In this document: piece by piece, positions 44,001 through 49,621 of the stretch | Layout: each line of letters begins with the position of its first letter | How positions within the stretch are numbered: the first letter of the stretch is position 1 | DNA from: an uncultured Clostridia bacterium | GTDB lineage: Bacteria > Bacillota > Clostridia > Christensenellales > UBA1242 | Direction: 5' to 3' | DNA length: 64,000 nt | Assembly: GCA_944383685.1 (NCBI GenBank) | Contig: CALWQM010000006.1 | Location: 25,767 to 89,766 of the forward strand | Position numbers and translations under genes: made by a program | Notes under the pieces: generated by a model | The model's input: only the letters and a program-made list of their open reading frames with translations | Databases searched by the model: none | What the model was told of the DNA's origin: nothing

Positions 44001-45109
44001 ATGATGCCACAGACGGACAAATTGTCATGCTTCAAACAAGAACTCAAACTGGTAATATGTCAACACAGATTTTAGGTTCGTTTATCAACGGCTCATTTGT
44101 TAAAGTTTTGAATAGAGTAACCTTGCATGTTGGTGACACCGTTACATTTGTTATGAACATTAACTTTGGTTATGGTGTTGAATTTAATTTGGAGGATGTT
44201 GAGTTAACTCAAATGACTTCACAATATTATTACTTCACAATGAAGCTTGGAGAAAGCCTTGCAAATCAGTCATTGCAAGTTATTCCAACTTTTGTTGGTG
44301 AAAGTGTGGCGTTCTATGTTGAGCAGATATTTGGTGAAGATGAAATAATCAGCAATGCCATCGATGGAAACAATGCCGATTATGCAGGTTACACATCTTA
44401 CAATGACGAAATAACAGATGTTATAACCGACAGCATTCACACAGAAATCAACATTAAAGTTAACGTGACAGCGAGGTATAGAGTTGTTTCTATTAAAGCA
44501 ATTTCAAACAATGGAACAATTTTAGATATAACAAGTTGCTATAATGATATTGACAGCATTTTAAGCCTTTCTCCAAACTATATGGCAGAAAACAACATTG
44601 CAGGAACATTGCAACTTCAAATTGAGTATGAAAGATTGTATTATGGGGATTCAATAATTGAAGAATCTGGCTCAGGCACAGAAGATGACCCATACACAAT
44701 TTCAACGGCAGATGAACTTGCATATTACATGACCAGAATCAACAATGGAGCTGTCAACAACAATGGGCTTAGATATGCCGAAGCAAATTACATTATTATG
44801 GCAGATATAAGTTTGGGAGAAAAATTCTGGACACCTATTGGAACTTATGAAAATCCATTTAACGGAACATTCAATTTCAATAGCCACAGAATTGACACCA
44901 TTGGTCTTGCTGTGATTTATGACCAAACAAGTTATGGCGGACTTTTTGGAGTGCTTGGTGAAAATGCAACAATTTACATGAGCATAACAAATTATTGGTA
45001 TATCTACATAATTATTGCGATTGTTTTACTTTTAATCATTCTCTTAATCATTCTTCTTTTGGTGAACAAAAAGAGAAAGAAACGCAGAGAAGAACTTAAC
45101 GTGAAATAA
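26018..45109 (+). CDS. Giant type I membrane surface protein (~6363 aa): GLUG-type heads, InlB B-repeat (Listeria-Bacteroides), MBG- and YDG-like stalk domains, C-terminal TM
   Basis: Signal peptide MKIRSW...NNVASA. Head motifs are YLETDIDL..NWAPIG..FTGTFDG with VGGVVG/VGGIAG/IGGIVG rungs, and GEGTIDSPYLI at ~27656. InlB-B-like GYEFAGWNTEVNGSG..LYAQW at ~32300-32890 and ~40570-40790. YDG-like FTKVYDG..AGDDVSV..KNY units at ~36420-39500. TM at ~44993-45063 with a KKRKKRR tail. No LPXTG. Confidence 0.85.
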   Translation: MKIRSWLCSFLFVLCGIMGAYTLTLPTFNNVASAVSDDASVWNGEYPSSVSKNDFYVDEGKNEAYIYSAKGFAYFAQSLTMNNASYSNTTVYLETDIDLKERNWAPIGSRNQANSFAAFTGTFDGKNHTIYNLKIDSSSTYTYFDGRSYSYTDTYVGLFASIGQGGSVSNLHLANVNINYGVNNAYVGAIAGQVSNGGWISSVSVNGSISANSAFGVGGVVGTAVGRLSSEPLAQYTPKTFNLEKNEAGRDTYISKVVNRASVSGGTKVGGIAGISNYSVLFEECANYGELSSAQSSGNIYIGGIVGSADDSDTNSYIVVQNAFNMGDLVIDKSNINAGGILGYSATNRSRNYFEIRNAYNAGDFLTNSTGLSNVNVSGIIGSAANPNYFYCYTDSSNEENNSNKYYLYGTFNIGNLIDANNGNELTSATGVTFRDLIYFTTNSSVSIEKETVLYDYDTANTSGTDLQYASKIAQLDGKISNIDFLENTLLWNKTRDEKGIVDVNSNQNIWAINRNYNESLPYLTFIYDSSFTDKDTETSVEDLWLGEGTIDSPYLIYTAEDLARIADVNNGKSFGAGKEDNPIYFSLQNNIDLSSQAWTPIGIDGGSFENSVFDGNNFTISGINCSLQVEYNEAVGLFGTISNSIIRNVKIKDFRYIGSTSTTDPIKATLVGRMQDSYIINCADLTGRSENTVGETVILGENTTQKSYVIYGKNNIENVSNNYKANISLPNESGQLIEGYLVTLNLKNGTLYDSFADSNIEVHKGNSQFVLTGASDGETSGYGLLDMSSLDPTYLTSLPVDTLNVENNQNNTSNVIIKPGFIISGYTIAGVADDGGLDGEKKFADIGASFSSNVSSDGSPNDIFKLVESGVNAYWTEHADIEYTVYTNKFEKTVADKTGTDYLEITGDNVLTISTPYNTYWSIAEFVNSLNAEMELQGTARQGFEISGIFPEFDEEKAEFGGTSLNLSGESGVGFFLNQNEDYFIQWKGTENYTITLNLVDNSSEYKGRFDFKDAILNVDVKFNTDTEIEGMTANQITYNYSNFVEDKLLINFSMEYLDNFDRLLSSSEDIYSFISENIEIVITLKDGFTFDTGLDSEDHETLVQNYFKDSGILNLSTNTDKSYNAVYGQAKLDMNTETGADVSNHTMTISLAEFVGNVSLNVPIIRGNYSFPINVGEGVYFGLTLPETVSNVGWYQVLSPNTERFVDMQDYNLEFNRAVSNSNNFSLGLNMFDNYLISTSAKSQETTFDCFDMTANTSYYTGTDGIGKQLIIYDTENNVYYLFEFTTSVEGEIQYFDQTLYLISASESTKYSVADSYTKLDMIARITLELSGSDNFDRVAGDDFGGIVYNTRPFASVTYYTNANFGLVFSTETNEAQINNHQTGPDGRVNYLYSQNITSGGNTSTQYYKISYYFDNPADGTVNVGGEESIVYNFSYLASYINGTSNLKISQTRTTATFNIHFVDEEGNPLFTSEETKNQAPTIRAQINSTGNYSIVQESVQVDTNNASNIKFTIENNNYYEWVNRGTSDEGVNLAVGSHDSSAYALYFDINIDKTTESGVESVVDGIDNILKGSTTSSGIKTDNSTRKAYSFTLNFNLMYSASGDIIPLAYEYDLTFVLKKVNFKVNVETVFRQRSTASDAEYYNDDVAQISISNTSTAESGQNALFNYGDTMQVSTNIKVGSDGKPVTQGYEFVGYRIILNTGDSITKQNIEISGNDNSSFEMTIQEFLSNYQNAFESYIAGDEDVYSYTIQAIYQSKMISYEATSSKFLINNYNGNIYDESKNNADVSFSFDSASIFSKMDTVDDSGLSVENANRGQFYYYNSSTTTGGNTLESVKIVYDLKATYATKYAFKGFAIVVSDNYQTNSIVDPNSYASQLFLDGQGGNAFEILSSGTGSEQTYSLSIKGSFIVDYLRTCMADENFVGNNGFVNKTFYILPVMEQKSLIINLTSGYTNFGDSESQIVYNTGADEVENTTTNTVTLKYYYRSNISVDFNADYSRNENQEYTLVVKDADGSELTNYETLALNDYFGYRTGYSANGWLVADNSARISLSTYRIDNLYFSSRYAMKETSANAGLADFEITINKNWQANNYTVIYSSGDGRVNSNIFGNSTGSIDNKVVSYDTAFNIAENPYQIVGYEFAGWNTEVNGSGTAYTADQEVKNLRTGANESDIISEPNAGRTIYLYAQWTAKQYHIKLVANGGEFSDGVTELFVGPITYNTEITGLDATPTRAGFEFDGYYVFVDGEKLSANQVENGDLLRNSIATFQDSVYENEQSEPCLVLYATWRFAGTSSLYYNSQISKTYIGLGKQIEINLSELSAENFVDETGNLVVTNDEDGFKISSNFDYVDVSYEFSGLDGNVTVDESNNIFVPSAVGTYYLNLRVILADAYTFEDFNGVYNLGDNIYETSLLITINVTKADVAYRENDNSIRLANIRYLVSLTEESIMVNTFNGFDDFNELLSYIQKTDVSASDITIDQAYEYLFMKYFNMVNATPSSFRDYRNWTYDTYLEYYGGTNYFNGDDQLEEIVDDGSLGQEIINRRVTRKNILQNTMFLASYDYQNKVNSITLYAENGVYRYNKNQITLYSLETSESIQDELQINEIVVTSNNTISPNTSYQVKAYLTSINGAAVNYNLYSDNHGNFVYLDNAYILVQVLRLKNNAELAKQSTFFNSTLQNVDVTWVSEEQAEQVYTNADNSNFYPIEVDSNLYVNVEIETSNAGSKDVDTVFKFYDTNNYFNLSNYQIYLKSGEFYLNYSTYFNLILDETFTYTIYNIVNTSQINFATSLLTKEEGYVVNSEIDEELISGLFNVTGFTYSISGNEKTVEVSEDGKYFSTEEEGSILLLDITGNNTASPVVFSGGAVKSINFQIASKNLDTYTRLYHVGTDIIFELNDEHNDNVLNTIDLSGFEFVDGEINEITYYANYSDLVRVDYDMNLPIEVDPYSSYLQLGVDKEDAIIEVTQTNLALSKLMYVKPNNEEIEYQNIFTGPDGVYVGYLEGNMYAPVQLKAYWTIADLEVSNYGVVVNNSVGLVDEVYADEVGSLISEENELFNYKYEMLKDGVVVSSSSSFETLKVTFENGGTLKDNGNYIVRITTTIKDEYAYILDSASEKSVVNENITFSVQLMPIRITAVGFVGQNEITYDGLDHKLEFQISVSYQMFDANILDYSDEVLTQNYQYGQLEMLKIGIFKDDEEQTLLMNAGSYVIQISPDVNFYVLADNLTQDNLKFNYLINKYEIKLDEKNIQLGKQFNTEDGELVFTFVEANETITLNLTRDAGEAVGSYGLYLETFTSKNNENFIVKYEEVTLYENGSYSNLDTRIGTFTISSAGNLRIYWDVTEIYPKNFEVAYDKNGYSAYISNGQLIIKNGENNVASLTLALYDINANERITSQDLLDVVIPLLNDVKVYLFNTSNLEIAYNAAVYSFETEIPENSEIKNYFQNVVFSSDYTLQIISQTIDVEEFDFSKTFDGTSEAVFDIDGNLVDLTTFSGVYISVNYADIHASDNVSATLALASNSSEQASNYALSNTRVVTRINKRKANITFSLSQDSFTYGQLNVSNLKDYVSYTVQGEGGENLTELFNTYSLYNLAFDLDNVTNKISSQGYYYAGTYSLVSTSTYQDFDMTENLGEVVISPYKYSITLPESYIVITVLDDVESVYTENRILEETGDNFEVSYRPVDAVKGNIGKYDLELVNSLYFDGNVEVSINTPNNAFEITEATNTLYLELENPEILEQVYNAKVYTMTTSAEEFTVTVENEDVGFETVSSKFKFYYYDEAGEKQYLENGEFSNIEIYYNENITTFKDVGNYKLTLNAESDLYEKVAFAENYYFVISGKVIDVSTLTFTKVYDGNNYVVVNNIPDVIAGDDVSVRAIYSSMNAGDSIGVSLYLNGESAKNYVLSSNMSVGSITKRDATISLTQDSLMYGTVLKDTSSFSFTVTADGEAVAVNQYVITATVKDGVYNGNYLTKGDYALTLNVESQNYNITSSGEIILHIVPNELSFTISTDGLYMTSSGTTESKSNTFTRSYLTSYGDTINIEYTREPGSTVGYYRILSGKVLDNENYTVKNVTDESANGGFRIVISNDVLYLLASEDAEITTQEEGNILNLTYDGNNYDKVTINLTSDGYELVLSNSTDESIKQTYKLNLYSYDEGTGTYTLTDIQDNSIIANAYLDATNPIVKDVGNYIIYSGEVTSDNFTIRLGKANSLYSYMVRVSPCTLYFNTSTISKIFDNNEAVITFSSAKEVLNGFIGSDDATLKVTFYDSDDNVAVYAGSGYRIEAELSGNNNYVVELTMQDGTEVTGTIDKAPLIVNVNNATAIYGNPYNLTYTFTSETLDLNAYDTSKINFSLSVLSPIYTTSNNLKVGEYRLNYEFNSNDFYIYMFNCNNILQENLNSTLQITPRELTIQETDTALSEIFTKQFDNSADAEIFDEGGQLLFGLSNVMAGDDVTVLSGTYAQKEVGTLIKVTFTLGGTDFENYTVKTYDFGQINSVIINLTFDYVAGDDEVVSNVDLAGLKTISMLSYPFISNNYITENSASEDTNKSRNFPTVLTGKTGNTFSHWVLELSATESSPEYIFLDNLLNDIGNEYTYENGVFLITVGNNAITVSLINNLVSDENDYFGVSYFAHEDINFTFKAVWIGDVYQVSVKTQNANGELSTEFAQVMVNNKEMATASEIQSVNFGDQVVINVTTNPYVKLLGFFNELNDEMYVDGEGCTIEQAGNLTTITFDNMQSSIFVVIKFSYADVAITLDLSTFTDEITFNDPNFVPIGSKIYTWKTDYSAIKNLYVSDLPTLSRTGFTVSNYTFNGLQIVNASDFASRQLQEFLVGAENGNYEITYIPAFVGKQVDVTLDYGYDGITEIIQVPYQGKFADSTGWKETIERVGYDFNGWFNGEQQVTGEDQLMDETGLTLFAHWTAQKNTVDLTIENMTITYASTTYLEQDGHYIFSDLDYGTTLTISLTPDEGYEVDSIKYTHIDSEEKDVIFNTSAEGVATLTFDILEPPTIYMTASSKAKTNTVEVLGDHIDSFTAYKNGNEEIQVSGNSFEVETNVDIRLVVNIMEGFDFTDFVISDRDVVSNYSLSGNELTINLSNINKSFSVTINAVERTNKVHLSFDDTSLVDALVVDNQNVNSYDFDVLTGQILTIYAKLVVGYSVDTVTSTSYSTSLNEITDTSSPYFGYYEIVVDGINRDGTVEITTKRTVYTLKVETIVYGDNQEIVQDSNNKAFVNGQSEVSLEYLTNVSLTAEAETLYSFAGWSKDGEEVFSTENPLSYEITQNETIYAIFSKLEFTINLNSYNHYFLYTEYNDADRTQEVYDQIYTAPFYEEDMETQISAVKLFYGASKTIYLEVPTGYIYEGFGYIRADGTYEYILRENSADKMIEIYLSTFDFEVENSTVNLFVALSALEANIKVSSWIDFDGTYEEDDKVGDISLVSVLGESVNRYGYVDGTRNHYDSNSFIQGSGLVDSRNMTIISYTSDTIYLKIKSTRPGYFFSTLTVDNSSVMVSVKDVVNEEDGTYCIYQISNFVGGGNDLNVSVYFKPQKNITTINFINENGSVVDGGNLHIQVESEYSGKIWADGTNFSSMKVTGFTDTKFSVVAYIRLGFMIDEENIAITFNDALVKVDNIRFEKLMFEKTNYNYAIYFDVYDYADDTTISINVIPQTYSVILRDETLENPELVRIDNVKFHEAIDLSIANQGNITIYDEFMGFNETGLNVVQSRDNYAFGGYFTYAGGKGIQYINSSGLTLIDFMETGYEFDEQEQIYKLTDNAYIETDGTIVINLYLYWSYLKTQINFEIVPNISIGSTALDIVQGVDLTNSWYNDVSPLYIEVAFNTNINFVAPEIAGYKFYKFVIKQKDFNNNWLTDVVSYSTSVPWSTNEYDRIVEVHVQLVYFAKVDVQLYGGELEFEITQTADDNTARNLIREGYVDTTKDFTLTALESAGYDFVYWQNIATGQRYTSSSFTTRINERTIFLLYAQGKEVNLLFDEYDATDGQIVMLQTRTQTGNMSTQILGSFINGSFVKVLNRVTLHVGDTVTFVMNINFGYGVEFNLEDVELTQMTSQYYYFTMKLGESLANQSLQVIPTFVGESVAFYVEQIFGEDEIISNAIDGNNADYAGYTSYNDEITDVITDSIHTEINIKVNVTARYRVVSIKAISNNGTILDITSCYNDIDSILSLSPNYMAENNIAGTLQLQIEYERLYYGDSIIEESGSGTEDDPYTISTADELAYYMTRINNGAVNNNGLRYAEANYIIMADISLGEKFWTPIGTYENPFNGTFNFNSHRIDTIGLAVIYDQTSYGGLFGVLGENATIYMSITNYWYIYIIIAIVLLLIILLIILLLVNKKRKKRREELNVK

Positions 45110-45151
45110 TAAAATTGCTTTTAATTAAATATAATAAAACAAGGAGGCAGT

Positions 45152-45913
45152 ATGTCCATTTTCCTTGTTTTATTTTTTATGGGACTTGTGCAAGGCTTAA
45201 CTGAATTTTTGCCAGTAAGTTCAAGTGGGCATTTGGTGCTTATATCAAAATTGTTTAATATGGAAGAAAGCTTGTTTTTAAGCATCCTTCTTCATGTTGC
45301 AACACTGTTTTCAATCGTTGTTGTTTTTTGGAGGGATATTTGGGAACTTATAAGGCATCCATTTTCAAAGAAAACGGTCATGCTTATGGTTGCCACAATT
45401 CCAACTTGCTTAATTGTGCTTGTTTTAATGCCAATCATTAAATCTTCATTTGGCGGAGCATTACTTCCATTTTGCTTTTTAATTTCAGCACTTCTTTTGT
45501 TTGCAACTGAATTTTTAACAAAAAAGAAAACCACGCATGAACTTAATTATAAAACCGCATTTATTATGGGCATTGCGCAAGGTTTTGCAGTTTTCCCAGG
45601 GATATCTCGTTCTGGAACAACAATTTGTGCAGGGATTCTTGCGGGTGGAGATAAAAAAGAAAGTGCCAAGTTTTCCTTTTTAATGAGCATTCCAATAATC
45701 ATCCTTTCAATGGTTATGGAGATTTATGAAATATGCCAAGGAAGTGTGACAATAAATTATCCAGTCATTGCAATCATTGCATCATTTTTAGTTGCATTTT
45801 TAAGCGGCATCTTTGCAATAAAATTTATGATGAAACTGACAGAAAAAGGAAATTTAAAATGGTTCAGTTTATATCTTCTTATCATTGGAATTGTAACATT
45901 TTTCATTATTTAA
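45152..45913 (+). CDS. uppP: Undecaprenyl-diphosphate phosphatase (BacA family)
   Basis: QGLTEFLPVSSSGHL, LHVATL, PGISRSGTT, FSFLMSIP. Confidence 0.96.
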   Translation: MSIFLVLFFMGLVQGLTEFLPVSSSGHLVLISKLFNMEESLFLSILLHVATLFSIVVVFWRDIWELIRHPFSKKTVMLMVATIPTCLIVLVLMPIIKSSFGGALLPFCFLISALLLFATEFLTKKKTTHELNYKTAFIMGIAQGFAVFPGISRSGTTICAGILAGGDKKESAKFSFLMSIPIIILSMVMEIYEICQGSVTINYPVIAIIASFLVAFLSGIFAIKFMMKLTEKGNLKWFSLYLLIIGIVTFFII

Positions 45914-45930
45914 AGTTTTGATGTGAAAAT

Positions 45931-45937
45931 TGTCGAA
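45931..45937 (+). promoter_or_regulatory. Possible Spo0A box (TGTCGAA) upstream of the Ca-type ATPase
   Basis: Exact 0A-box heptamer in a short intergenic gap. Single copy only. Confidence 0.3.
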
Positions 45938-45988
45938 TAGTCATATTAACAAATTCCACATTTGTATATTAATCACAAAGGAAGTGGT

Positions 45989-48589
45989 ATGGACTATTAC
46001 AAGTTGCCCGTTGAAAAGTGCCTAATTGAACTTGGTTCAAGGACAAATGGGCTTTCAAACATTGAAGTTAACAGCAGAATTGCAAAAACCAAGGACTTAC
46101 TCATTAAAAGCGGTAAAAAAAGCAATCTTTTTATTAAATTTTTGGAGCAGTTAAAGGAATTAATGATTTTAATTCTTTTAATTTCTGCGGTCGTGTCAAT
46201 AGTCATTGGAGGAATCGAAAATTCCACAAGCGAAATTGTGGACGGGGTTATCATTCTTGGAATAGTTGTTATGAATGCCATGTTTGGTGTTTTACAGGAA
46301 CATAAAACGGAAAAGGCCATTGAGAGTTTGAAAAAGATGACAGAAGCAGAAACTTTTGTTTTAAGAGATGGTAAGGTTGAAAAAATAAAGAGCAGTCATC
46401 TTGTGCACGGCGATATTGTTGTGCTTGAAGCAGGTTCAATTGTTCCTGCTGATGTAAGAATAATTGAATGTGCAAATTTTAAGGTCGATGAGTCCATGCT
46501 GACTGGGGAAAGTAACGCGGTAAATAAGAGTGCTGAAATTGTTTATGACAATAGTGTTGCCATTGCAGACCGCAAAAATATGGCATACTCTGGAAGTATA
46601 GTTGAGAATGGACATGCCAAAGGGCTTGTGGTTGGGATTGGAACAGAAACAGAATTTGGTAAAATTGCGGAAAGCATAAAAGACACAAAAAAAGAGCTCA
46701 CACCTCTTCAAAAGAACATTCAATCAGTTGGCAAAATTTTAACTTATTTAATTTTGCTTATTGCCTCAATTACCTTTGTTTTAGAGGTCATTGCAAAGCC
46801 AACGGAAATTTTAAATGCATTTTTAACTGCTGTTGCAATTTCTGTTGCGGCGATTCCTGAAAGTATGCCTGCGGTCATAACAATTATTATGAGTCTTGGG
46901 ATGGCAGAACTAAGCAAGAAAAAGGCAATAGTCAAAAAAATGCATGCAGTGGAAACTTTGGGATGCTGTGATGTTATATGCTCGGACAAAACTGGAACAA
47001 TCACTCAAAACAAGATGACTGTGCAAGAGGTGTATGCAAACTTCGACTCTAAAAGTCCATATTATGATTTATTGTTAAAGGACATGATATTGTGCAATGA
47101 TGCCTTTTTAGGAAAGGATGGATATGTTGGAGATTCAACCGAAGTTGCCCTTTTAAATTTTGCGAAGTCGCAAGGAGTTTTAAAGGAAAACGATTCTTCA
47201 ACAAGACTAAGCGAAAATTCATTCAGTTCTGACAGGAAAATGATGTCAACATTCAATCAATGCGGAATCAAAAAAATTCTTTTTGTTAAAGGGGCCTTGG
47301 ACAGAATATTATCTAAATGCACAAAAGTGGTTAAAGGGGACAATGTTGTTGTTTTAGATAAAAAAACTAAAAAGGAAATTAAAGAAGTTAATTCCAAAAT
47401 GTGCAAAAATGCATTGAGAGTGCTTGCATTTGCTTTTAAAAGAGATGACGCAAGTGAAGAAGATTTAACCTTTTTAGGGCTGAGTGGCATAATTGACCCA
47501 CCAAGACCAGAAATTTATGATGCTGTAAACAAATGTAAAGAAGCTGGTATGCGTGCAGTGATGATTACAGGAGATTATAAAGACACGGCTTATGCGATTG
47601 CAAAAATGATAGGTGTTGTTAAAAGTGAAAAGGAAGTTATATCCGGGGAAGAAATAGATGGTTACAGTGATGAAGAATTTTCATCAGTTGTGGAAAAAAT
47701 TAATGTTTTTGCCCGTGTAAGCCCCGCACATAAGGTTAGAATTGTTGAAGCCCTCAAAAAGAATGGACATAATGTTGCCATGACGGGTGATGGCGTGAAT
47801 GACGCACCAAGCATGAAAAAAGCAAGCATAGGAATTGGCATGGGAAAAAGTGGCACGGATGTAACCAAAGAGGTTGCTGACATTATCATCACTGACGATA
47901 ATTTTGCAACGATAGTGGTGGCTGTTGAGCAGGGTAGAAAAATTTACAGCAACATTCAAAAGACAATCAAATTTTTGTTTTCTGCAAACATGGCGGAAAT
48001 TTTGGCATTATTTTTTGTGACAATCATCTTTCCAAATTTGACTTTCCTTTTGCCAGTGCAAATTTTGTTTATCAACTTAATCACCGACTCTTTGCCGGCA
48101 ATCGCCCTTGGAGTGGAAAAAGTGGAAAGTGGCATTATGCACGAAAAGCCTCGAAGTAGTTCCAGCGGACTGTTCTCAAATGGAGTTGGTGTAAGCATAG
48201 TAATTCTGGGGCTCGTTCAAACAATTTTAACACTTTCGGCTTATGTTTTTGGACTTTTCATGTATAATGAAAATGTTGCTATGACAATGGCATTTTACAC
48301 ATTAAATTTAATACAATTATTCTATATGTTTACGGCAAGATGTAAAGAAAGTTGCTTTAAAAGTAATCCATTCAAAAACAAATTTTTTACCTTATCCATG
48401 GTTGTTGGGCTTGGACTTATTCTCATAATTGCAACAACCTCATTTAAAAATGTTTTGAAATTGACTTCTCTCAACTTTTCTTGCTGGCTTGTGGTTTTGT
48501 TGCTGTCATTGTCGATTATCTTTATTTGCGAACTTTACAAAATTATTGAAAGAAAAATTATGAGTAAGAAAAATGTGAAAAAAAATTAA
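45989..48589 (+). CDS. P2A-type (SERCA-like) cation-transporting P-type ATPase, probably Ca2+
   Basis: DESMLTGES, IPESMP (PEGL variant), CSDKTGT phosphorylation site, MITGD, TGDGVNDAP, FINLITDSLPAIALG. Confidence 0.93.
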   Translation: MDYYKLPVEKCLIELGSRTNGLSNIEVNSRIAKTKDLLIKSGKKSNLFIKFLEQLKELMILILLISAVVSIVIGGIENSTSEIVDGVIILGIVVMNAMFGVLQEHKTEKAIESLKKMTEAETFVLRDGKVEKIKSSHLVHGDIVVLEAGSIVPADVRIIECANFKVDESMLTGESNAVNKSAEIVYDNSVAIADRKNMAYSGSIVENGHAKGLVVGIGTETEFGKIAESIKDTKKELTPLQKNIQSVGKILTYLILLIASITFVLEVIAKPTEILNAFLTAVAISVAAIPESMPAVITIIMSLGMAELSKKKAIVKKMHAVETLGCCDVICSDKTGTITQNKMTVQEVYANFDSKSPYYDLLLKDMILCNDAFLGKDGYVGDSTEVALLNFAKSQGVLKENDSSTRLSENSFSSDRKMMSTFNQCGIKKILFVKGALDRILSKCTKVVKGDNVVVLDKKTKKEIKEVNSKMCKNALRVLAFAFKRDDASEEDLTFLGLSGIIDPPRPEIYDAVNKCKEAGMRAVMITGDYKDTAYAIAKMIGVVKSEKEVISGEEIDGYSDEEFSSVVEKINVFARVSPAHKVRIVEALKKNGHNVAMTGDGVNDAPSMKKASIGIGMGKSGTDVTKEVADIIITDDNFATIVVAVEQGRKIYSNIQKTIKFLFSANMAEILALFFVTIIFPNLTFLLPVQILFINLITDSLPAIALGVEKVESGIMHEKPRSSSSGLFSNGVGVSIVILGLVQTILTLSAYVFGLFMYNENVAMTMAFYTLNLIQLFYMFTARCKESCFKSNPFKNKFFTLSMVVGLGLILIIATTSFKNVLKLTSLNFSCWLVVLLLSLSIIFICELYKIIERKIMSKKNVKKN

Positions 48590-48612
48590 AGAGTGATTTT
48601 TCACTCTTTTTT
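48588..48612 (+). terminator. Intrinsic terminator
   Basis: AAAGAGTGA-TTTT-TCACTCTTT plus T run. Confidence 0.8.
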
Positions 48613-48629
48613 AAATATCCAGAAAAACT

Positions 48630-48658
48630 TTTACATTTTGTCAAAAGTGTGATAAAAT
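48630..48658 (+). promoter_or_regulatory. Sigma-A promoter giving a probably leaderless holB mRNA
   Basis: TTTACA-N17-TAAAAT (TG-extended), then 6 nt, then ATG 48665. No SD. Confidence 0.6.
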
Positions 48659-48664
48659 AGTTAC

Positions 48665-49621
48665 ATGAGCATTGTAGAAGTTATCAAAAATCAAAATTTT
48701 TTTCAAAAACTTGAAGAAAAATTTAAAGAAAATAAATTTGCAAATTCTGTTATGTTTTTTTGTGAAGATTCTTTCACAAGTGAAGTGGTTTTGATTTACA
48801 CAAGTTTGATGTTGAATTATCCAACTTATCAACTTTTTGATGAAAAAAGTGCAGAGTATCAAAGGGTGTTGAAAGATGCAGATTTGGATATAAAACTTTA
48901 TCCAAAGAACAAAGAGAAATTGTTGGTTGCAGATTCAAACGATATTGTTATGGAAACTTATGTGAAACCTGTGAATAGGGAAAATAAAATTTTTATAATT
49001 GAAAATATTGATAAATCGACCGAGCAAGCTCAAAACAAACTTTTGAAAGTTTTGGAAGAGCCGCCAAAAAATGTTTATTTTTTGATTAGTTGTTCGCAAA
49101 GTGACAAGGTTTTGCCAACGATAAAATCGCGTTGTGACAAAATTAATGTGGAAAAACTTACAGATGATGAACTTAAAAAAATTTGTCAAAGTCCACTTGC
49201 TTGCATGTTAAGTGAAGGCTATGCAGGCAGGGCACTTATGCTTGAAAAAAACAAAGAACTTCAAGACATTGTTGATTTTGCAATAAGTCTTATTTGTGAG
49301 CTAAAAAACAGTTCTCAGGTTTTAAGGTTTTCAAGAGAATTTCAAGACAGAAAAGGGAATATGGAGCTTGTTTTAAAAACTTTTTCGCTGGCACTTGAAG
49401 ATATGGTTAAAATTAAAACGGAAAAGGAAGAACTTTGCACGTTGAAGGAATATTTGCCAATGCTTAAAAGTGTGGAAAGTGAATTTTCAGTTTCAGCAAT
49501 TTGCGAGATAAATTCTCTTATATCTCACTTTTTGGAGAAGTTACAGTTCAATGCAAATTTATCTATGGCGGTTGATAATTTTTTGCTTAAAGTTTTGGAG
49601 GTTAAATATTTATGCAAATAA
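48665..49621 (+). CDS. holB: DNA polymerase III delta-prime subunit (divergent)
   Basis: KIFIIENID....AQNKLLKVLEEPP....FLI....LPTIKSRC signature. Directly upstream of yaaT as in other Firmicutes. Confidence 0.88.
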   Translation: MSIVEVIKNQNFFQKLEEKFKENKFANSVMFFCEDSFTSEVVLIYTSLMLNYPTYQLFDEKSAEYQRVLKDADLDIKLYPKNKEKLLVADSNDIVMETYVKPVNRENKIFIIENIDKSTEQAQNKLLKVLEEPPKNVYFLISCSQSDKVLPTIKSRCDKINVEKLTDDELKKICQSPLACMLSEGYAGRALMLEKNKELQDIVDFAISLICELKNSSQVLRFSREFQDRKGNMELVLKTFSLALEDMVKIKTEKEELCTLKEYLPMLKSVESEFSVSAICEINSLISHFLEKLQFNANLSMAVDNFLLKVLEVKYLCK

